Assembly (NCBI GenBank): GCA_963710995.1
Contig: CAVQCU010000056.1
Coordinates: 432-64,431 of the forward strand
Direction of reading: 5' to 3'
DNA from: an uncultured delta proteobacterium
GTDB taxonomy: Bacteria > Desulfobacterota > Syntrophia > Syntrophales > Smithellaceae
DNA: 64,000 bases
Under the pieces are notes generated by a model. That model saw only the letters and a program-made list of their open reading frames with translations. It had not been told where the DNA came from and did no database searches. Below are positions 57,682-64,000 of this stretch, piece by piece (position 1 is the stretch's first letter; every line of letters starts with the position of its first letter). Position numbers and translations under genes: made by a program.

Positions 57682-58350
57682 ATGGCAATTCGAGATATGA
57701 ATGATCTGGTGCAAAGCGGCTTGGACAGGGCCATAGAATTGATGACTGTCGCCGCTCACAACAGCTTCAGATTTAATAACAGAAATACGGTAAAGATAGT
57801 ATCCTTGGGAAAGGAGGAGATGGCCGCAATCGGCGAGTTTTCTTACTCTCTGGCCGATATGTCGCCCCTAGCCGCTCGTGACGGTCGTTTTGTCATGGAG
57901 CTGATCAAGGAGCCCTGTGGACTCCTTCTCTTGGGGGATAAAAGAAAATCTGACTTCAACTACAACTGTGGCGCCTGCGGTTATAAAACTTGCGCCGAAA
58001 TGAACAAGGCCGAAGTAGTGGAATCGCTGACTGCGTGGGGCCCCAGTTGCCAGTTTAAAAACATCAATATCAACATCGCCACAAACGCGGCAGCTTCCAT
58101 GGCCTGGAAACTGGGACTTCACTGCCGCGTATTCAGCACCTTGGGGATGGGCGCCTTCGCCCTGAAGATGATTGAAGACGTTGATTTGGTTGTCAGCGTG
58201 TCGGTAAGCGCCGCCAAGAATGATCCTTATTTCGACCGACACAAGTATTGGACAAAAGAACACTGGGATGAAACCTTCAAGAAAGAATTTCCTACCTTCA
58301 CTAGGGGATTCATCGGCGCCGTGGAAGATGAAGGCACATTCAAAATTTAA
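57682..58350 (+). CDS. DUF2148-like protein, paralogue 2
   Basis: CGACGYKTCAEM motif and ..GPSCQFKNININIA.. The same architecture as 56975-57652. Confidence 0.5.
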   Translation: MAIRDMNDLVQSGLDRAIELMTVAAHNSFRFNNRNTVKIVSLGKEEMAAIGEFSYSLADMSPLAARDGRFVMELIKEPCGLLLLGDKRKSDFNYNCGACGYKTCAEMNKAEVVESLTAWGPSCQFKNININIATNAAASMAWKLGLHCRVFSTLGMGAFALKMIEDVDLVVSVSVSAAKNDPYFDRHKYWTKEHWDETFKKEFPTFTRGFIGAVEDEGTFKI

Positions 58351-58368
58351 GAGGGAGGAAATTAAATC

Positions 58369-59982
58369 ATGGCATCAAAAGCTCATCTTAATCAGGTAAT
58401 CGCCTCCCATTTGATCGAAATTCGGGCAGACGAAACGCCGGACAAGGAGATCTACATTTTTGAAAACGGCGAGTACGGTGATGACATCCTCACCTATCGC
58501 ATCATCCATGAGCGTTCCAACAAAATCGCCCGGCTTTTTGTTGACAAAGGGATAGGCAAAGGCGATACGTTCGCCATCTATATGAGAAATCATCCGGAGT
58601 TCGTCTGCGGTATGATGGCGGGGATAACCATAGGCGCCATCGCCGTCCCCGTGGATCCCCGCAACAAGGGGGAGCGTCTTAAGTTCCTCCTCAACAACTG
58701 CAAAGCTAGGGCAGTCATTGTTTCCGGCGAATGCCTGGAAGACTTGGAGGCGGTAATTGCCGATGTGCCGACCCTACGGTTCGTTACCGTTGCCTACCAA
58801 CCGGGGCAGAATATAACCGTTTCCACCAAATATCATGCCTTGAACGAGGTGATGGAAAAGGACACCTGGAAACCGGTTGAACAGCAGATCATGGATGTGC
58901 GCCACCCCATGCAGATCATTTACACCTCCGGCACCACCGGAGATCCCAAGGGGGTCATGATCAGGAACAATCGCACGGGGCTGTTTAACATCCTGAATAG
59001 TATCGTCTGGAAATACAAATCCGACGATATCCTTTACAACGGTCTTTCCCTCACCCACGGAAACGCCCAGGCTGTAACCCTTTTCCCCGCCCTCAGTCTG
59101 GGGATCAAGGCCGTTTTCAGTCCGAGATTTACAAAAAGCAGGATCTGGGACATCTGCCGCAAGTATGGATGCACATCCTTCTCACTTCTGGGCGGCATGG
59201 CAGCCGGCATCTACAACGAGCCGGAGAAACCCAATGACGGAGACAATCCCGTCAAGGTCGTCATCAGTGCCGGAACGCCGCTGGCCATTTGGGAAGGCTT
59301 CGAAAAGCGTTTTAACGTCCAGATCCTCGAGTGGTACGCCGCGGTAGAGGGAGGGTTTGCCTATAAACCCCTCGGCCAGGGTCCTGTGGGATCATTCGGC
59401 AAACCGATCCCCGGCGTTATGGAGTTCAAGATCGTCGATGAAAATGACAATCTTGTTCCGGTTGGGCAGACAGGTGAACTCATTTCCCGCATGATCCGTG
59501 GAGATACAAAAGTGGATTACCTGGGACTGCCCGATGAGTCCCAGGACAAGACCAAGGGCGGCTGGCTGAGATCGGGCGATATGGTCCACAAGGACGAAAA
59601 CGGCTGGTACTTCTTTGACTTCAGGATGGGCACGGAGTTGCGTCGCTTCGGCGATTTCATCCAGCCCGAGTTCGTGGAGTCCATCATTGGACAGCACCCC
59701 GATGTAAGCGAAGCCTGCGTTTATGGTATACCGGCCGCTTCCGGCGCCCCGGGTGAAAGCGACCTAGTGGCAGCAGTCGCTTCTTTTGAAGGGAAAGTTA
59801 TCGATCCCGCCTCCGTCTACCAGAAATGCAAAAACGATCTGCAGGGCAATTTCATCCCTTCGTACCTGCACGTGGTGAAGGAGATACCGAAGACAATCAC
59901 CGAAAAGGCGCTGACAAGGGTTTTGAAGGAGATGTTCGATAAGAAGGAAGGAGACATCTACAAATACGAGGATTTCAGATAG
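58369..59982 (+). CDS. AMP-dependent acyl-CoA synthetase (fatty-acid-CoA ligase-like)
   Basis: IIYTSGTTGDPKG and ..WLRSGDMV.. AMP-binding motifs. Confidence 0.85.
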   Translation: MASKAHLNQVIASHLIEIRADETPDKEIYIFENGEYGDDILTYRIIHERSNKIARLFVDKGIGKGDTFAIYMRNHPEFVCGMMAGITIGAIAVPVDPRNKGERLKFLLNNCKARAVIVSGECLEDLEAVIADVPTLRFVTVAYQPGQNITVSTKYHALNEVMEKDTWKPVEQQIMDVRHPMQIIYTSGTTGDPKGVMIRNNRTGLFNILNSIVWKYKSDDILYNGLSLTHGNAQAVTLFPALSLGIKAVFSPRFTKSRIWDICRKYGCTSFSLLGGMAAGIYNEPEKPNDGDNPVKVVISAGTPLAIWEGFEKRFNVQILEWYAAVEGGFAYKPLGQGPVGSFGKPIPGVMEFKIVDENDNLVPVGQTGELISRMIRGDTKVDYLGLPDESQDKTKGGWLRSGDMVHKDENGWYFFDFRMGTELRRFGDFIQPEFVESIIGQHPDVSEACVYGIPAASGAPGESDLVAAVASFEGKVIDPASVYQKCKNDLQGNFIPSYLHVVKEIPKTITEKALTRVLKEMFDKKEGDIYKYEDFR

Positions 59983-60055
59983 CCGCAATATCACGCCAAT
60001 GAAATTGCGGACGCAATGAACCAATGAAGCTTTACAATTATAAAAGGAGGAAACA

Positions 60056-61301
60056 ATGGCTTATAGAGATCTAGATCTGGACTTAACAGACGAGCATATT
60101 GCCCTGAAAGAATCCGTACACAAGTTTTCCGTCGAGGTGTTGCGGCCGGCGTCCATCGAGCTTGACAAATTATCGCCGGAGGAAGTGATAAAAAAAGATT
60201 CTCTTTACTGGAAGTGCATGAAACAGATGTATAAGAACAAGTACCATACCGCACTGATTTCCGATGCGTACGGTGGCATGGGTCTCGATCCCCTGTCCGT
60301 GCATATCTTTTTTGAAGAACTGGCCTATGGAAGCGCCGGTTTCACCGTTTCTCTGGGAGTCAGCATTTTTGCGGCCTTTTACGCCTGCATGGTGCCCAAT
60401 GATCATCTGATAGATAAATTCATCACCCCCTTTGTGGAATGCGAAGACGCCAGCATCATGAGCTGCTGGGCGATTACTGAACCGGAACACGGTTCCGATA
60501 TCCTCATGCCGGGCACGCCTTTCTTCCATGATCCCAAGATCACTCAGCAGGTCAAAGCCAAAAAGAAAAACGGCGACTGGATCATCAATGGACAGAAAGC
60601 GGCCTGGGTCTCCAATGGTCCCATTGCTACCAATGCCGCCCTCTTCGTCAACATAGACAGCGCCCAGGGCATGAACGGCGGCGGTATCTGCCTCATAGAC
60701 CTGACACAGCCGGGAGTTTCCAGAGGAAAGCCCCTGGACAAGATGGGGCAGAGAGAACTTCCCCAGGGAGAGATATTCTTCGATGACGCCATCTGTCCCG
60801 GCGAAGACATGATTATAGATCCCGAAAGCTACGAGATGATGACGGACATCACGTTGGCAACGGCCAATGCCTGCATGGGCGCCTTCTTTCACCGGCGTCG
60901 CCCAGGCCGCCTACGATTTAGCCGTGCAGTACTGCAAAGAAAGGGTACAGGGCGGTAAAACCATCTCTAATCACCAGTGGGTGCAAAAGAAGATCTTCGA
61001 CATGTTTTCGAAGGTTCAAGCTGCCAGACAATTATCAAGGGCGGCGATGATTTACAATATGAACACCACCCCGCCCGCCGTTCCCTACTCCGTCGCTGCA
61101 AAGGTTTTCTGCACGAATGCCGCTTTTGAGGTAGCTAACGACGCCGTGCAGTTATTCGGCGGTAACGGCGTCAGCAAGGAATATCCGATCGAAAAACTCT
61201 TCCGCGATGCCAGGGCCTCCATGATCGAGGATGGCTCCAACGATTCTCTGGCCATCGGCATCGGCACCGCTCTGCTCAAGGAGGAATATGCTAATGGATA
61301 A
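60056..61301 (+). pseudogene. Acyl-CoA dehydrogenase with a single +1 frameshift (or a sequencing indel)
   Basis: ..ITLATANACMGAF in frame 1 continues as FTGVAQAAYDLAVQYCKERVQGGKTI.. in frame 2. The shift is in the TTCTTTC run at 60884-60890. 1246 nt is 3n+1. Confidence 0.8.
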
Positions 61302-62532
61302 TGTGTATATCATCGGCGTAGGGATGATAAGATTCAATAAGTATCCGGACAGAACCGTCAGGGATATGGCGCACGAGGCCATTGATCTGGTTTTAAAGGA
61401 TGCGCAAATTCAGAAGGAAAATATTCAGTCCGCCTTCTTCGCCAATACCTTCTGGGGCATGTTTTCCAATCAGCATTCCATCCGGGGTGAAGTAGTCTTA
61501 AGGAGTTACGGCATTGGCAGTATTCCAATAACAAATGTGGAAAACGCCTGCGCCGGCGGCTCCACGGCGCTCCATATGGCCTACACGGGAATCCGCGCCG
61601 GTATGTATGACGTCGCCCTGGCGTTGGGTTCGGAAAAGATCACCCATCCCAACAAGGCATTGTCTCTGGGTGCCTACGCCACCTGTATGGACGTGGATAA
61701 TTTTGAAAATCAACTGAAGATGTTTGAAGAAGTCAGCAAAAAGATAAAGGTGTCTATCCCAGCGGGACAGACACCACCCGGAGAAGGCAGAAGCGTTTTC
61801 ATGGACGCCTATGCCATGGGCGCCCGCTGGCACATGGACCGTTTCGGCTCCAATCAACATCAGTTGGCCGTCATCTGCTCCAAGAATCACTGGCATGCAT
61901 CCCTTAATCCCCATGCCCAATACCAGCAGTTGATGTCTGTGGAAGAAGTTTTGGCCGACAAACCGGTGGCCTATCCATTAACCAGGGCAATGTGTGCTCC
62001 CGTGGGTGACGGTGCTGCGGCGGTGATCGTTTGCTCCGAAAGCTACCTGAAAAAGATGAAGAACAAAAGACCGGTAAAGATCCTGGCATCCATTCTGGGA
62101 ACAGGTAGCGACCGTGACATCGACGCTCCAGATATCGGCGAACGGCTTGCCAAAAAGGCATATAACGCAGCAAGTCTTGGACCCAAAAACATCGATCTTG
62201 CTGAGTTGCATGATGCCACGGCCTGGGGTGAGCTTCACCAGACAGAGTCCATGGGCTTCTGTCCCATGGGCGAGGGTGGGTCCTTTGCTGAATCGGGCGC
62301 CACTAAACTGGGCGGCAAGAAACCAATCAACACCAGCGGCGGTCTGGAATGCAAGGGACATCCCATCGGGGCTTCAGGTTTATCGCAGATACAGGAGATA
62401 GTGACCCAACTTCGCGACGAGGCTGGGAAAAGACAAGTTGAAGGAGCAAGGATAGGTTTGGCGGAAAACGGCGGCGGAAACATCGGCGTCGAAGAAGCGG
62501 CTATGTGCATCCACATCCTGGAAAAGGTGTAA
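61294..62532 (+). CDS. Thiolase-family protein (SCP-x/DitF-type, non-condensing-like)
   Basis: VYIIGVGMIRFNKY.. start, ..VENACAGGSTAL.. (active-site Cys), and C-terminal ..GHPIGASG.. and ..NGGGN.. Confidence 0.8.
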   Translation: MDNVYIIGVGMIRFNKYPDRTVRDMAHEAIDLVLKDAQIQKENIQSAFFANTFWGMFSNQHSIRGEVVLRSYGIGSIPITNVENACAGGSTALHMAYTGIRAGMYDVALALGSEKITHPNKALSLGAYATCMDVDNFENQLKMFEEVSKKIKVSIPAGQTPPGEGRSVFMDAYAMGARWHMDRFGSNQHQLAVICSKNHWHASLNPHAQYQQLMSVEEVLADKPVAYPLTRAMCAPVGDGAAAVIVCSESYLKKMKNKRPVKILASILGTGSDRDIDAPDIGERLAKKAYNAASLGPKNIDLAELHDATAWGELHQTESMGFCPMGEGGSFAESGATKLGGKKPINTSGGLECKGHPIGASGLSQIQEIVTQLRDEAGKRQVEGARIGLAENGGGNIGVEEAAMCIHILEKV

Positions 62533-62687
62533 GCCCCCGACAAGATTGCATACGCTGTTTCCCTTTGAGCAGGCGCGGGGTTATTATCTTGAAAACTAGT
62601 CTACTCCCCTTACAGGATGAGTCGACGGCATTAAGCCGGGAGTCGCCGGGCGATGGACAGACCGGGGGGGGCGAACAATCCAGATAA

Positions 62688-63509
62688 ATGAAAGGGTTAA
62701 ATATGCTGATACTAAAAGGTAAAAACATCCTAATTACCGGCGCCGCCTCTGGCATCGGAAAAGCTCTCGCAGAGTGTTTTGCCCGTGAAGGATCCAATCT
62801 CTTTCTCGGTTCTCATCCCCGTGAAGATGATCAGCTCAGTCGTTGGGCCGACTATCTAGAACATCAATATCATATCAAAACAAAGAAATTCCCCGTTGAC
62901 CTCGCTCTGGATTCAGGACCGGAGTTACTTCATAAACAGGTCGTACAAACCGGCGAGGGCATCGATATCCTTGTCAATAACGCTGGGGTCATGCTTTATG
63001 GAGGCTTTGCCGAGCTGCCTCTGGACGGGCAGATCGAAATGATTTCAGTAAATGTCATTGCCTACGCAAAACTTATGAGGTTATTTTTACCTGATTTAAT
63101 GAAAAGAAAATCCGGTAGAGTCCTTAACGTCGTTTCCGCCTCGGCTTTTCAGCCCAGTGCACACCATGCTGTTTATGGCGCCACCAAGGCATTCGTGCAG
63201 AGCCTCAGTGAGGCGGTAGGCCAAGAGATCAAATCTTCCGGTATTAAAATCTGCACCCTTAACCCCTCCTATACGGATACGCCGATGCTTCATGGAAAAG
63301 GATTTCCCAAAAAACTCTGGTGGTTTTTTATTAGCGGCCTCAGTTCCCCGGAAGATATCGCCCGCAAGGGAGTAAATGCTTTCAAAAGGGGAAAACTAAT
63401 CTTCATTCCCGGCTTTCAAAACTGGTTTGCCCATGCTGTTTTGACCAGAGTAATGCCACGTTGCCTGATGGGGTACATATCTTATTGGGTTTTAAAAGAA
63501 AAAAGGTGA
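62688..63509 (+). CDS. Short-chain dehydrogenase/reductase (SDR)
   Basis: TGAASGIG cofactor motif, NNAG, and the YGATK catalytic motif. An alternative start is at 62703. Confidence 0.85.
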   Translation: MKGLNMLILKGKNILITGAASGIGKALAECFAREGSNLFLGSHPREDDQLSRWADYLEHQYHIKTKKFPVDLALDSGPELLHKQVVQTGEGIDILVNNAGVMLYGGFAELPLDGQIEMISVNVIAYAKLMRLFLPDLMKRKSGRVLNVVSASAFQPSAHHAVYGATKAFVQSLSEAVGQEIKSSGIKICTLNPSYTDTPMLHGKGFPKKLWWFFISGLSSPEDIARKGVNAFKRGKLIFIPGFQNWFAHAVLTRVMPRCLMGYISYWVLKEKR

Positions 63510-63695
63510 CAGAAAGCGTCAAAAGCTACGACTAAGTGAATTGGGAGTGCTCCGTCAAGTATAGATCAGATGGTGCCATTCCGGACATGTTTGTGAAAGG
63601 GAAACTTCATGGATAGGGAATGCGATTTAAGATTGTGTTGCTGAAGGAAACTAATGCGCTTGAATAACCAGTAATCAATGATAGGAGTGAAGTAT

Positions 63696-64000
63696 ATGCG
63701 CAATGTTTGTATTACAGGAGCAAGTGGTTATATCGGCAACAAAATAGCACTGTTCCTGTCTCAAAAGGATGAGATTGAAAATATCGTTGGTCTTGACATC
63801 AAACCTCCGAAAAAATCCATTCCCAAATTCCGCTTTTACAAACGCGATGTACGTGACAATATAGACGATATACTCACGGATAATAGTATAGACACCATGA
63901 TCCATACAGCCTATATCCTGCCACCCATCCACAATAAAGAGCTTATGGAAGATATCAATGTGGGCGGCACACGTAACGTCCTGAGAGCCTGTGTGCGCGC
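63696..64000 (+). CDS. NAD-dependent epimerase/dehydratase (extended SDR), 5' part; continues beyond the window
   Basis: MRNVCITGASGYIGNKIA.. after a GGAGTGA RBS. The frame is open to the window end and so is absent from the ORF track. Confidence 0.7.
   Translation, partial: MRNVCITGASGYIGNKIALFLSQKDEIENIVGLDIKPPKKSIPKFRFYKRDVRDNIDDILTDNSIDTMIHTAYILPPIHNKELMEDINVGGTRNVLRACVR

Overview
This 64-kb window looks like a plastic, repeat-rich chromosomal region of an anaerobic, sigma54-using bacterium. I guess Desulfobacterota-like from gene content only; no search was run. Gene content, left to right:
- IS110-family transposase 3' end
- ~20 kb of mostly minus-strand accessory genes: Fe-S proteins, PilZ, CrtC/AttH-like lipoprotein, rubrerythrin, Blc lipocalin, acyl-CoA synthetase plus MaoC, ADP-forming acyl-CoA synthetase-like protein, an LcdH-like dehydrogenase plus CoA-transferase operon with a NarL-type two-component system, YkgJ, C-N hydrolase
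- B12-radical-SAM, TPM/LemA and Nudix genes, then a selenium-related cluster (yedF, DUF3343, a tRNA-Sec-like gene, cysteine desulfurase)
- IS5-family element and a broken pilT-like gene
- PAS hybrid kinase plus NtrC-type regulator, then a sigma54 promoter, RsbR-N-like paralogues and a complete N-type (atpDCQRBEFAG) ATPase operon
- triple-PAS protein, lipase/foldase pair and an integrase/tRNA-Leu relic
- TetR-controlled beta-oxidation-like cluster with two DUF2148-like proteins

The most unusual signal is non-coding. About 14 copies of a conserved composite intergenic module cut the accessory region into co-oriented cassettes. Several copies carry a near-consensus promoter, and two of those promoters predict leaderless mRNAs. 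The module is the insertion target of a ~700-nt ORF-less group II intron: two copies sit at the identical site, antisense to the cassettes. Module copies also adjoin an IS110-family end and fill a hollowed-out IS3 shell. The architecture resembles an integron cassette array, but the repeat does not look like a canonical attC and no integrase is in the window.

A second family of nested hairpin (MITE-like) repeats and several frameshifted genes (atpB, atpE, pilT-like, cmk-like, acyl-CoA dehydrogenase) are also present.

All calls come from reading the sequence and the ORF translations. No database search was possible, and repeat coordinates are approximate to a few nt.
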